64,000 nt of DNA from Klebsormidium nitens (Eukaryota > Plantae > Klebsormidiophyceae), in assembly GCA_000708835.1 (NCBI GenBank), contig DF237290.1, forward strand, positions 1 through 64,000. The letters run 5' to 3'. A model generated the notes under the pieces. The model made no database searches, had not been told where the DNA came from, and saw only the letters and a program-made list of their open reading frames with translations. Of the stretch, positions 35,494 through 48,844 are shown piece by piece; position 1 is the first letter of the stretch; each line of letters starts with the position of its first letter. A program made the position numbers and the translations under genes.

Positions 35494-38400
35494 CTAGAAC
35501 CGCTTCGGCTTGGGTGGGGCGGGGCACTGGTAGCACTCGTCAAAGACCCCGAACGTGCTGATCTGGTCGATCAGGGTGTGAATACTCGCGTAGCCCCCGA
35601 AACCGACGCCCAAGATTGCGACGGTGAGGAAGGTTACACCGGAGATGAGGAACGCGACGTTCCAGTTGCGGCCCAGCCAACGGGGGGGCTTAATCACAGC
35701 GTTCGCGCGGGCCTGCGTAAGCGGGAGAGATTTCCACTTTACTAATTGGGAACTGAGCCGAAACAAGTTACTAGCTGTACGTGAACGAATCGTGCAGGGA
35801 GCGAGCATTAGCGCGGGCCTGCGAAGGAGAAAAGTGATATTCACTTCGCCTTTGAGGAATTGAGCCGACACAGTTTTTCAGTTTTCACGAACGAACCGTG
35901 CAGGGGACTGACGGGGTTTAGCGGGAGTGTGAGCGTCTCGCAAAGCTTGGTAACCAGCGCTGGTTTCTGGAGTTTCGAGTTGGCGGGGTTTCTCACACGT
36001 CCGATAAATGATTAGTCATAGGGCGACGGGCAGCAGTGAATCGCGAAAGTCGTCGTCATCTTAGGATGAACCGAAATTAATCTAACCAGAGAAAGGAATC
36101 CCGCAATACCCAAATGGCTTCTCTCACCTCGCACGTCCAAAAGATGATCAGCTAGAGGGCGACGGGTGGCAGATAAACCGCGACAGCTGTCGTCACCGCT
36201 CCACTATACGTAAATGCTCCACCATACGTAAAGTCAACAAAGGTTGTTTAGACCAAAGAGGAGAAAGGAGACCCGCGAATTCTGGAAGGCTTCCCTCACC
36301 TCAGACGTCCGAAAGGTGATCCAATGGAGGGCGACGGGCAGCAAATAAGTCGCGAAAGTCGTCGTGAGCGCTCCCAAGATGGAGTTGATTGGTCCGAAGA
36401 AGGGGAAGGCCACAGCCAAGAACCAGATCACGAGCACGACGGGGATGCGCGAGCTGACGCGCACGATGTAGCTCGCTTGGTGCGTGCCCAGAAGCTTTTC
36501 CCACAGGAAGTACAGGGGGGTCACGAACAGCCCGAAAGCGACCCCCTGGAACGAGAAACGGGCATGAAAAGATCAGACTGGTTAACAGTGGGAGAATCTT
36601 TGAATTGATTGGTCAGACAAGACAATCATCGAGCGGTTAGCAAGAGTTCGACGGTGGAAGACGGTAATTTTCAGCCTCTTGCAAGTTTTCCCCACAACTT
36701 GGGGTCAACGCGTTCTTGTTTTACAAAACCAGTGCCTGCAAAGGCGTCTCACATTCAAGTGACTGCTAAAATAAAACATTCGCTTTAAGCATCCTTTGCA
36801 TCCGAACCTCCTTGCTACAGAGCTGGGAAGAAACGGAGGTAATGCTATTGCGACTCAAGGAATCCTTAAGGAACTTTGCGTCTTCACCTGATGCAGGACC
36901 ATCAGAATGATTCCGACGTTCCGCTGGGGGCTGGGCGGAAGCACCCCGAACGCGTTGCTCTTCTTCAAGACCTGGTCGCCGTACGCCCAGTAGACGGACA
37001 CCGAGTTGGGGACGGTCAGTGTGAATACGTACGCGACCGCTGTCACGTACGTCAGCGGGTACTTGCGGGGGTGCCACATGGCGTGCAGGATCTCGCTGCA
37101 GTAAGTGTGAGTATGTAAGTAGGGGTCTACCGGAAGAACTGGGTATTGAAGGCAAAGCGAGCGTCTGTCGGTGGGTTTGCGCGAATGCAATATAGCGTGC
37201 AGGATTGCCTGCCATGATTGCTAGCCAGATTTGTGTAATGTTTTGGTTTTGCAAAGATAAGGAGAAAGAGACGACTCTAGCGTCGTACAACTGCTCCATT
37301 GAAGTTGCGTGTTTACTTTTGCTGGTGGTGCTTTTGGAGATAGGCTTTTGTGCCGGAGACGGAGCGGTACCATCGTAAGGAGGGACTTCGTTGTGAATCC
37401 GTGCCTTGTGGACATATGAAGAAGACAAATGAGCTGTGGAACAAGCTCGCCGACACCCTGTAATCTGCCATGTATGTTGTCTGTGCAGCTCGTGAGTTGT
37501 TACGTGTCACATAAAGACAATTGCCAACAGTGGCGCAACCAAGGAAAGTAACAGAGTCTAACAGGCAACACCATGGCGGCTCAATACTTGTGATACTGCT
37601 AATTTGAGATGGGGGCAGAATCTCCTTTAATGGAGAGCTATGGACCCCTTCCACCCTCCAGAAATCAACACCAAGATGATTTCGGAAGGAGTTCATTTGT
37701 AGTCCACGCGAAATGGTTGAAGTTCAAGAACGTGGCGTCTCGTCGCAGATTTTTTTCACTTTGGATTTGAAAGCTTATCCAGAAGGCATAACAGGATCGA
37801 CAACTCTCGTTAAAAATCTCGGGTCTCAAAGGTTCAAACTCAGCCGAGAACCACAACCCAGGGTCTGTTTCCGAACTTATAAGACTCGAGACCAGCTTGT
37901 AGCAATCCGTTTTTCGAAAGCATTCAAAATCTTTCAAGAGCAACAAGCAAAGCATTGGTTCGACTTGAGCACCCCTCACATGGTGATTGAATGCCCTCCA
38001 TACGCGAACAGAACCGTCGTCAGCCCGCTGAAGAATGACGTAATGTCGTGAGGCCCCCGGTGCTTCACCCCGGGCGCCTGCCCCACGTGGAGGCTCTCCC
38101 CGACCATAAGCCAGGAGGTATAAGTGGTCGCCACCAAACCCAAAAACGACCAAACCCGGTAGTTATGGAATGTGGGTAACAGCACGGTTAGCAGCGACAT
38201 GCCCCCGAAGACGAGCGCCCACGAGCGCTTGGAGAGAACCGAGCTGAGGTAGTACATGTCGCTCGCGCACGCGATAATCTGGCAGGAGAAGAATTGAGTC
38301 AGTGGCTCTTTTGAGGACAAATTGGCACGTTGAAGACTTGAACCGCAGGAACAATTGAACCAGGTAGTTATGGACGTGTGTAAAGCAGGATTAGTAGCGA

Positions 38401-41117
38401 CATCACCCGAAGACGGGCGCTCAGGAGCGCTTGGAAAGGACCGAGCTGAGGTAGTACATGTCGCTCGCGCACGCGATGATCTGGCACGGGGGGAAAACCT
38501 GGTTAGTGGCTGGGTGAAAGATGACCTGGCAAGCTGGCCAAAAACCAATGACAACTAAAAGCTGATTGCAAACTTGGTCAGGAGCCCACATGGGCAAAGA
38601 ATTTGGAAGGATGTTCTTCTTGCCGGCTGATTAACGTGCACAACACCCAAGCACCATCAAATCCCTTCTCCTGGTCGACAACTCGCTCCTTTCTCTGACG
38701 TGTCCTCCTCTACGTTTTCCTCTCGCGTATCGCGGGAAATCAATCAGAGTCTCGCCAACTATTTTTGGGACTGTCTTGCCGACTCGAATGTGACTTATGC
38801 CTCCCCTCGTTTCAGGGGGGCTCAGCGGCCCCTTACCTGCACCACGGTGAGCCCCCCAAGCGAGAGCAGATTGAAGACAACAACCGCCCAGCGCGCCCAG
38901 GGCCCCACGAGGGATCCCGCAATCTCGTGATACTGGATCACGTGGCCCTGGAACGCCTTGGGGCCGCGCGCGCGCTCGCCGCGCACCCGGTGCTCCGCGT
39001 ACAGGGCTGCAGGTGGCGTCAAGGTGAAGTCAGAAGGGCGTCATGGTATGGATTGACGGGGTCATTCGGCAGACTACGGGTTGAACAGATTCAAAGAACA
39101 ACGTACGGGGCGGTTCATTACCTCTCGCATTGAAAAGAAGGCAAAGAACGAGTCTGCGAATTTGTTTGAGTGGTCAAGTCTCGTCGGGGCCTCACTGGTT
39201 GCCACAACTTTCCTAACCTACACTATTTTAGTTACTTAACAAGTCAGACAACAAACTCATCCGAGTAAGGACCGATCAACCGACCAAGGACCGCTTCGAC
39301 AGAACTTGGACACAACTGAACCCAAACAATGCTTAGCCCAATCGACCGTGTTTTTTGAGGCGTCTTTCAGGTGATGAGCACTCAAGATTGGCTGGATCAG
39401 AACGGATTCGAATGCCCCTAAAAGCAGAACATCGAACTCAAAGAGATTCTTCCCTGGAAATCATCACCAAGGCTAGTCTTATATTCCGTACCTGAAAGAA
39501 GGTACGCTGTCCAGCAGCCGAGGGCGGCAAAGGCGAACTGAGTGACGAGACCCAGTGCGAAACCCATTTGAGCCATCGCGGTGGGAAGGGTCAGAATGAC
39601 CTGCCCCACCTGCGGAGGAGGAGCGGGGGTCCAATCAGAAAAGACCTGAGCGAGCTTTGAAAAGGCCTGGACACTCAGCTTTTCGAGGCATTCCAAAGGA
39701 TTACTGCCCCACTTGAGGGTGACAGTCTAGGAGAGCAATGGGGCCTGACGAAAAAGACGAGGGATCGTATGAGATGATCTCCTTTCCTTTCCTGAATTAA
39801 CTAGAGGAGGACGTCTGACATCAGGCGACTGCATGCTTGTGACAAAACTTCGAATGCCATTTCCTTGACCCACTCCGCGCTTTAGGTTACTCTCCAGGTG
39901 CTCTATCGAATGAAAACAACCGGGAATGCAGGCAATAATCTAGCAGGGAGTTCATCTGATCAAAATGCGAATTCCAGTTAGTAGCGACCGGAATGGCATC
40001 GCCTGGTCGTAAATCGAGGCAAATATATACTTTGTTTTTGGGAACTTACTTTTGCAGGTAATACTGGAGTTGAGCTTCTGTGGCAATCTTTGGAAGCTGA
40101 TCTCTGATTGAGCTTTCGTATCAAATTCCCGTTGAGCAGGACTCGTGCCCGGCTCAGTCAAAAGACAGTCTCTATACGCACAAAGCGCAGGAGCAGAAGC
40201 AGAAACTTGGATAAAGAAAGACAACAACACACACGAGATCCTGTCAAAGTTAGAAATCTGCCTTTACGTGCCGCTCTGACTTCTTGCACACCATATAAAC
40301 CTGCGCATATGAAGGCCGAATCGCAAACTTCTTCAGAGTCAGTGACCATCAATGAATGCAGACTTCAAACCACATTCAGCAACACACAGTAAGCTCATAC
40401 CAAAAGGAGGTCATATGAGAAGACTTCTCAGGTAAAGCGATATCTACCTGGGCGGAGGCAGCGTTCAGCCAGGCGTCATACTTGGATCCCCCTCGCCAGA
40501 TCAATTTCTGCACCCACTCAGAGAACCCGCTGCCATGGCTCCCGTCTTCGTAATGATAGCTGTCCTCGTAAGTGCCTGGGTACAAATAGGGCCAGAAACA
40601 TTGTTACGGACATTCTGTGCGAGAGGATTTGGGTGAGAGAATCTGGGTGAGAGGACTTAGCACAAGCCTCCTCATATGGAATCGCATGTTGAGGGAATGA
40701 TTCAATCCATTTCGGAAATTGGCGCCAATGAGATAGTCTCGCAGACGGTTACGAAGGTCTGGTGCAAACGCAGGGATCGCAACGAAGACGTGTCCTCAAA
40801 AGACAGAGCTCTGTTGAGAACGGAAATGGAAACGACGCAGACGGCGTTGACCTCGGTCAAGACACGGACTCGCTCTCTTGTCCTCATTAGCCGCCACTTT
40901 GACAATCAAACGAACAAATGTTTTTTCCAGAAACGATGTTGGCTCAACGAAGGTCATCTTAAAATATTTTCACTCTGCTTCGCTTTCATATCCCCTCACA
41001 GAACCTTTGCAACCCACCTTGCGTGTTGTCGTGGGAGGTCCCATCTTTCGCCTCTCCTTTGACGACCGGTTCGCTGACGTGGGCAACCGGGGCCGCGTCG
41101 CCCACGTGGGGCGCCAT
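35494..41117 (-). CDS. AUX1/LAX: AUX1/LAX-family auxin influx carrier-like permease (495 aa)
   Basis: Exons 41117..41018, 40575..40448, 39609..39492, 39006..38837, 38278..37980, 37095..36888, 36545..36300, 35712..35494; phases are consistent (1488 nt). Signatures: WRGGSKYDAW, QVILTLP, PTFHNYRVWSFLG, GGHSITIEILHAMW, TPLYFLWEK, FPFFGPINS, FGVFDECYQC. Confidence 0.95.
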
Positions 41118-43140
41118 ACCTAGTTGCTGAATGCGTAATCCTCGCTTCAAAGTGAAATGCAGGAACAGACTTCTACGCTCGCAATAGGCGGACGGTCACC
41201 TCCAGGGCGGACTGGGGTGCACAGGCTGAGCTTAAACCGGCGGCTCTTAGACGGGGAAGAACGGACCAAAGCGCCCAAAGCCCAGGCGCTAATCAAGCGC
41301 CTGGGTGAGCGGAGTGCAAAGCTGGTTTGCAGAGAGTGGCGGCTAGGGGATCAGATGTGAGTGTTTGAAGCTGCTAGTGGCATCACGACTTCCTTGTCCT
41401 GCATTCTTGACACCAACTGGACGTGCATCAAGCAGCGCAGGCAGCTCCGTTTAGGTTCCAGTGTCAATGAGAGCTGTTTTGCCACTGAAATCGACCAACA
41501 CACAATATGTACTCCAATTTCACTGGTCTATTAGAAGCACCTACGAGTGCGAATGCTCGCCTTTCAATCAACTTTTGAGGAAAGGCAATGTAAAAGCTTT
41601 TACTTATTCCCGTAAGAAACTTTGTGATTCCGCAGTACCATTGTTTGATAGCCTACTGAAAGAACAAAGGCCTAACTCCAAAAATTGTAAGCCGTCAAGG
41701 ATTGAGTGGCTGCTGCCGGTACCCTTTTTGAGCTTTCCGGTGCAACCCAGAGCCTGTGGTCCAGGGTCCCGTCCTTTCCCATGTCCACATGCATTGAACC
41801 GTCAATACTTCCGCAGATCGCACGACCAATCTGCAGTGCCAAGACGATTGCGTCCCTAGGTCGGAGACCTGGTTGCAGCGTAGCATGTAATACGGAAAAT
41901 GCTGCTCCGTCTGAGACCACAGGTGCTTCTGCAAGGGAAGCTTATAATCTCTGTCATTTGCCTGAACCTATGTCAAATTCTGACGTGTTCAGGTCAGGAT
42001 GTGTCAGAAACTGATACGCCGTCCTTCAACGTTTGGAGGCGTTTACAGTGCTCGCATGCGGCAGGTAGAGTCTGCTTCAAAATTCGCTGGCGCTGATGCA
42101 ATGTCTCAAGCTTTACTACCGGCAGCCAGCAGATCGATTATATGGGTAGGCAGCCGGACTAGCTAGGACTACAACTCTACGGTATTTGATTCTCAGTACG
42201 CATGTTTTGCCAGCCAGACAAGAATCCCGGTTCATTGCACACATGCAGCAGCAGCCTGTGATCATGAGCTGACAACTGCATGATGATGTCTCCATCTCAT
42301 TCTGGGTCCTGATCACCACTGCAGCAGTGGCAGGAATGCACGGCCGCCGACTGGAACTTAGCTCAGCAAGTCGTGACTCAGCGCACTGTGCCCTTCTTAG
42401 CTCCGGCAGCGACTGTTGCGGCCACGTACCCTAGCAGCTTATAGGATGTACTCAGACTAAGCAGACGTGGATCTTCGTTCATGCATTTTAGGGGTTTGCG
42501 TTTTGACATGCAGGGTTCTTGACTGGATTTCTACTGCAGCCCAGGTTCTTGGTACCGACTGCTCGCGTATCCCGCTGAGTAACTTTCGAACGCAGTTCCG
42601 ACCAATCAGAGCCGTCTGCTAAACCTCCGTACGACTTCCGCAACCTGTCGGCGACACGTGGACCCCGTCACGACGGCGCGTCTGACAGGTTCGGCGAACT
42701 TGAATGGCGCAGCGCCCAGCGTATGTAGCGTCCTGCGGAGCTGAGCTTGTCAAAAGAAAATGGAAGCTACGTATATTGCCCTATAATACCTAGATCATGT
42801 GATCAATCAATGCAGCTATTCATGAAGACTCTCTACCTCGTAAGCATAACGAAGCTCATGAGTCGCTTAGGGATCACTTCTGAGAAAGCGCGGCGGCGGG
42901 CAGTACTTCCGCTTGATGGGATTGAATTTTGCGGACAAGCGCGTCTTACTTGACTTATAAAGGACAATATTGTAAGACTGGGCAGTTGTGCTCTTAGCGC
43001 TTTGAAGAACCTAATATAAAGGCGTCCAGCTGCTACATTTGATCACCAAGTGGTACTCCGAGGTCGCAACCACGTCCGCCTGTCCCGCTTAAAGCCAACC
43101 TTCTCCCATTTCTGAGGAGGATTTGTATCTTTGCGATCCA

Positions 43141-46100
43141 ATGCAGGTTCTCTCCCAAGCAAGTGCCCAGCCACACGGCTGGCACCCGGCCTTAGCCAAG
43201 CCAGTTCCAGAAAAGAGCAGCCAGCTTTTCCAAAACTGCACAGCAAAGCTGGGGCTTCCGGAGTCTCGTACTTTCAAGCCCCTTCCTCTCCAGCCCACCA
43301 ACTTTCCGTTCAGCTCACGAGAAGCAACGAAAATGCCGGGCGTTGTACGCGCCAGTCAGGGCGTCATTTCCAGCGAAGTCGACCGTCTCCAAGACCAAGT
43401 CAAGAAGCAGATCCTGACGGCTACCCAGCTCGCAGAGCTACCTGCAAAGCCCACCGCCGCTGTGGGCGCTTCAGAATTGGAGCGCGCCTTTGAGATTCAT
43501 GACGAGCAGTATCTGAAGCCGGTTGAGGGGCCGTCGGTCTGGTACGGGCGCGATTTCAGTGACAAGGAGTCGGAGTGGGTGCACGTGCTGACGTCGGACG
43601 AGGTCGCGGAGATCGAGGCGGCCATCGCGGGCGTGCGCGCGAGCGGGAAGCAGACCAAGGTATGAACGACACAGGAAGGTTTGGCTGCTAACCACGTTTG
43701 ATACCCAGAAGTTAATGCGGTTCTTTGACCAATAACCCCGTTATAGCCATGCTAAAAGCGTGGTTATTGCTTGAGTCCGATTATCAGACATTCAACCGAC
43801 TAAAGTTAACCTCCAAAAATCCCTGTGCGACTGCAGAGAAACTACGCTTTTTGTATTCTTAGTTGTTATCAGACTTCGCAGACAGGGACAGTCACCCACT
43901 TGTTTTTGTTGCTTTGATGAGCTTACCAAAAGCTTGAAGAAGAGTCACTGGCTAGCTGAAATGGGCGACCCCACAGGTTTTGCCTGCCCGATGCTTCAAG
44001 GATTTGTTGAACGTAGCTGGCGCAGTCAGGGATGAGAGACGTCCACTGAATGGAGACCACTTGTGAGATGTTGTGCTTTGGCAAAGGCACTCATATGAAC
44101 CAGAATGCTTTCCACGTCTTACAAAGCGGCGACACAAGATTGGCGGCTTGTACAATGCCCGCCTGATACTCTTTCGTTCCTTTTCTACTGCGTTGCCGTT
44201 CTCCCTAGGGTAGGGTCGAAGAACGCGGCTTTATTGTCAGGCAAATAAGGGCCCTTCATGCCAATATCCACAGCTGCCCATGTTTGGCGGTCCTTCATCC
44301 GCAAAGCTGATGAATGCTTTTCAGGCCCGTCCTTCGCTGCAAACCTCGAAAATATCCCCGTCTCTGCGCCAACGGTTGCTTTGGAGAAGCCTCAGACGAG
44401 TTCGTGCTCCTGGAAGGGACACCGCTCACTCTGAGTATCTGAACGGAGCAAGGCATCTGCAAACAAACAGGCTTCCATACAAATGATCTTTGATTGACGC
44501 ACCGGCCTTTTTGTCATTCAGGATGTCACCCAAGCTGACTTTCCTTTGCCAAATCTCGGCCCCCGACTGCTGTCAATCCGAGACGAGCTTGTGACGGGCC
44601 GTGGATTCTACCTGCTAAAGGGTCTGCCTGTCAAAAGGTGGTCCCGGGAAGAGACGATCCTAGCGTACTTCGGACTGGGGACGTACTGGGGCCGCGCGGT
44701 GTCTCAAAACGGAAAGGGGCACCTGATTGGGCACGTGAAGGTGGGGCGTTTGAGAAGCTGTCTGAAGACAGGAGTCTTGTGGATCTGGATTCGACCATGA
44801 GTATTAAAGCCGTTTAACGAAGTCGCTTCGGAGATTCGCGCGCAGAAACGTCAATACGCCAGATAATGCCTGTCAGGTCACAAGGAAACCAGATTTTCCT
44901 GAGGTCTGCTAAGACGGAAGCCTTGCCGTTCCTTTGTAGATTGAAACATCCTACAAGCTGGTCGAGATTAACGTGCTGCAAAGCGCTGTCGCAACTTTAA
45001 CGTAGAACAGCAATTGTCAAGCTGGAGACGACTGTGATCCCGCCTTCCCTGAACCAGGGCCGGCACTCACGTCCCCGTTTGTCCTCTCACCCAACTTGAG
45101 CCTCGCATCTTGTCAACAAACGGGCATTTCTGGTCACAGATAAGAGGCCTCTGGCTTACAGCGCGAGCCAGACACCGAACGTTCGTTTGCTTTGCAGGAC
45201 CTCGGAACGGACCCCACAAACATCGTGAACAGGGTCTACACTCACCACGGGCCGCAACCCTGGCACTGCGACTCGGCAGACCTCGTAGGTAAGCGTGACG
45301 GAATCTTGACGTAGCTTTGAAGTCCGACAGATTTCTCAGACTTGGTAAGACGAACAGTTGACGTCCTCTGTTCATCCATCACGGGTTTTACACGCCTTCT
45401 TTTTATGGACGTTCGAGATATGTTGGCCGACCTCTAGGCTTGCTTAATTAGCTTCTGCTTCTGGAAGACTGGAATCTATCTCAAAATTCTCCCTGTCGCT
45501 GTCCGGTGCTGCCACGACTGGATGATCCCCCATAAAGGCACTCGGCTGACGTCTCCCGGTTCCTACCCCCCAGGTCTTCTATGCCTGCAAGTGGCTAAGG
45601 AGGGCGGCCTGAGTAGCTGGGCCAGTTCACACACGGTCTACAACGAGCTGCTCCGGTCGCGGCCGGACTTGGTGAGAATATTCTCGCAGCCGTGGTTCAT
45701 CGACAGAAAGAACGAGGTGCCCGCCGGGAAGAAGCCCTACTACGTCATGCCAGTCTTCAACTACTACCAGGTAGGGGCGCATTCGCTATCATCCCAATCG
45801 TTTCTCCTCTTCGAATGAGCATGGCGCGGAGGGAGGTCGAAAGACTTCGACGGGCATGGTCCCAAGGAGACTTTGTCGGACGATGCTTTGGGAAGTTGCA
45901 ATAGATTGTTGTACATGTTCGCATTGGGCGTTTCAGCAAAGGGCAGCAGGAATTCGCATTGATCGTGCTTCCGAATCCGCATGAGGTCGTCCAAAACGGA
46001 CTCCTCATCCGCAGTTCCGTAAGAATTCCCACTACGAGAAGAACTCTAACCACGCGGTTGTTGAATTGGTTGAAAATGAAACCCGTTCCTTGCGTGCAGG

Positions 46101-47115
46101 GCCGCCCTAAAGTCCGCTTTTAGCAGTGCTAAACCTACAACAACCGTACAACCACCGAAGAGAACTCACCTTGCGTGCAGGGCCGTCTGACGATCCACTA
46201 CGAGAACAGCTTCTTCCAGGCCGCGCAGCGCCATCCGGGCGTTCCCCCGCTTAGCGCCGAGCGCCTGGAGGCGATCGCAGAGTTTGACCGGGTCGCCGGA
46301 AGCAGCCCGGTAAGGCTGGATTACTGGCTGGAAGTGGGCGACCTGCAGCTGCTCAACAACCACCAGACGGTGCACATGAGGACCGGCTACACGGACTGGG
46401 GGGTGAGCCCTTAACCCGGTCGGTTTCATTGGAGAAACTTGTCTGCGTTTTGTGTTGTGTCCGGGCCGTTTAAGATGGAGTTGCCAAAAGTGGATCGCAC
46501 TGTCGAGGTTTTCAGTTGCAAACCACGGTGTTTTGAAGGGCTTCGTTAGAGGGCCGTGATCTGGGCGATCCGATCAATAACTCCAGATTGCAGTGTGACT
46601 TTCGTCGCAAACCCAGGTGGTTCTCAGGCGGGATTCAGGAGAAAGGGTGATGGGCTGGGTGGGCAAAAGGCCTTTTGTAATCAAAATGTCGTTTCATGAG
46701 CCCCAGTTTTGCCACGTCCCAACCCATCTCATCTTGTCAATCTACTTGTGTTGACACAAACATCCCGGAAACCCTTTCAAGGTGGCCTCCGGCAGTGGAC
46801 ATTCTCGTGTTCGAATAGCAATCCATCATTCGCTCGAAGACCAGATCGTCTCGTCATTCTTCCCGAACCCTCGATTCACACCACAGTCTCTTTTTGCAAG
46901 CCCGCCCCTTTTTCTGACACGTGTCCACCCTTGGGTAACGTCTGCAGCCGGGGCCCGACGAGAAGCGCCACCTGCTGCGCCTGTGGCTGTCGCCGCCCAA
47001 CGACCGTCCGATCCACCCTTTGTACGGCGAGCGATACGGGAGCACAGAAGTGGGAGCCAGAGGGGGAATCTGCGTGCCAGGGGCGGCTACGAAGATTTCT
47101 CTGGAAGCCGAGTAG
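43141..47115 (+). CDS. TauD/TfdA (clavaminate synthase-like) Fe(II)/2-oxoglutarate dioxygenase; start either 43141 (with transit-like extension) or 43333
   Basis: Exons 43141/43333..43659, 44522..44740, 45198..45288, 45574..45770, 46181..46402, 46948..47115. GRGFYLLKGLP, HCD (HxD, 45264-45272), NNHQTVHMR and RHLLRLW are present. Confidence 0.88.
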
Positions 47116-47357
47116 GCAAGGGGTTTGATAGGGTTTGAAGATAAGTACTTAAGACAAGATAAGTCGTTAAGGGACAATAAAACGTACTGAAAGCCTGCCA
47201 AGTTTTGGATGTAGCACGTATACGTATAGGCTTTTGCAGAGAAATGTATACACGACGTCGAAGAATGACGTTGACTTTGAAAGGTAGATTCTCTTCACGA
47301 GCATTGAGTTGTTCCTGCAGTGGCATTTCAGAAAATGTGTATGTACAGATACTTTTG

Positions 47358-47413
47358 ATCGGACAAGGACAACTTACGTAAAGCCATCGGACAAGGACAA
47401 CTTACGTAAAGCC
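47358..47413. repeat. Perfect 28-bp tandem duplication
   Basis: ATCGGACAAGGACAACTTACGTAAAGCC x2. Confidence 0.95.
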
Positions 47414-48844
47414 GCTCGCTCAATGATTCTTTTGCAAAGCGAGCGGCCTGCTGGTGGATGCATGCGCAACAATTTTGAAAAGCATCGTTCGTTCTGAGTC
47501 TGCTTACGAGCCTTCTACCTGACGACTGGTCACCGAGATCACATGCTTGCCGCATGAGCGACACTGGTCCCTGGACAATCCTCAACTTACAAGAAGAGTT
47601 ACAATGCCACTGCAGGTCCGCACTTCTTGCTCTCTAAAGGTATTTGGACCTCGACTTCGCTTTGCAAACGGTTTTTGTAAGACGTTGTGTGGCCAATATA
47701 TAATTTAAGCGGGTACTCTGATCGGCCGAATTCTGTTCAGGAGTACCTTTGATTTTGACATGCTTTTCCAGCTGTATCCCTCCGATACATCAAACGTCCA
47801 GCACCTACTCTAAAGACTCACCGTAAGATTTGGCATGAGGCATGAAACAAGCTCAATACTACTGTTGCTAGTCAGCTTGGTTTCTTGGTTGTTCGTTTGG
47901 CTCTCGAACGGTGTCTATATTCAACGTTTTCAACAGACCTTTTCAAACGCCTTGTCAGACCAAGTTAAGTACGACAGAATCAACAACAACGTAATTAACA
48001 CCAGGGACACCAAGGGGACACCATCATACTTACACGCTGATGATCTTCCAGCACATTCAGAGAACTCTCAGGCACACTTTGCGGGCTTCCAAATTCTTGG
48101 AATATCCTTGCTTTCACGTCAAATGAGTAAGGTAATTCACCCTCGCGCAAGTGCACAGATACGGAACTGTTCATCAGCGAGCTTCTCGTCAATAAGGTTT
48201 CATGCGGAGCGCTGCGGCCCAGGGGCCAGTGCGGGCCGCAGGGGAGTGCCTTGGGTTTAGTTGAAGAGAAGTAAACCCGGCTGGTGTTGACTGGCTTCAG
48301 CCGGTAGCTCTCGATCCGACCGGCCGAGGGTCCACCCTAAAATTTGACCTCACATTCCAAACCCGGTGGTGCTATCCCGACTGCTTTACAGGTTATAGGG
48401 TTTGGGGTGGTTTGGGGACAATCTCGTGTTTCCTTTTCGCCTGTACGACTGTTGGCGTCAGTCGGTGTCAGCTGCCTTAGCTTGCGCCTGGCATGCACTC
48501 GCCGAGCCGCTGCATTGAGTTGATGGCGTTTTGCCCAGGCGCTTTGTTCACCTATAGATTGCCAGCGTGAATCCCCTTTAGTGCAACGCTCTCTTTGAAA
48601 TCCGTTTCCTCAGCAATAAGCTGCAATCAATGCGTAAAGCCTTCAATAAGGCAGCCAACAACGGCTACACCAAGAAGCCTGTGCCTCTGAGTCCAAGAGC
48701 CCTGCCACACTTGGCCAACCTTTTGGGTTTGATCAGATGAGAACAAAATATCCTGCAAACGTCTGTCCAGTCATGTAGCTGATTGGGTCTGGGTTACTGC
48801 CATGTTACGTTAACTCCTTTCCAACCCCTGAAGAAGAAGGAGAC

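Noticed and set aside
47835-48260. Secreted peptide ORF with a hydrophobic N-terminus (and an antisense CPWC motif)
   Set aside because: AT-rich codon usage unlike neighbouring genes, no family motif, and conflicting splice-like signals on the opposite strand.
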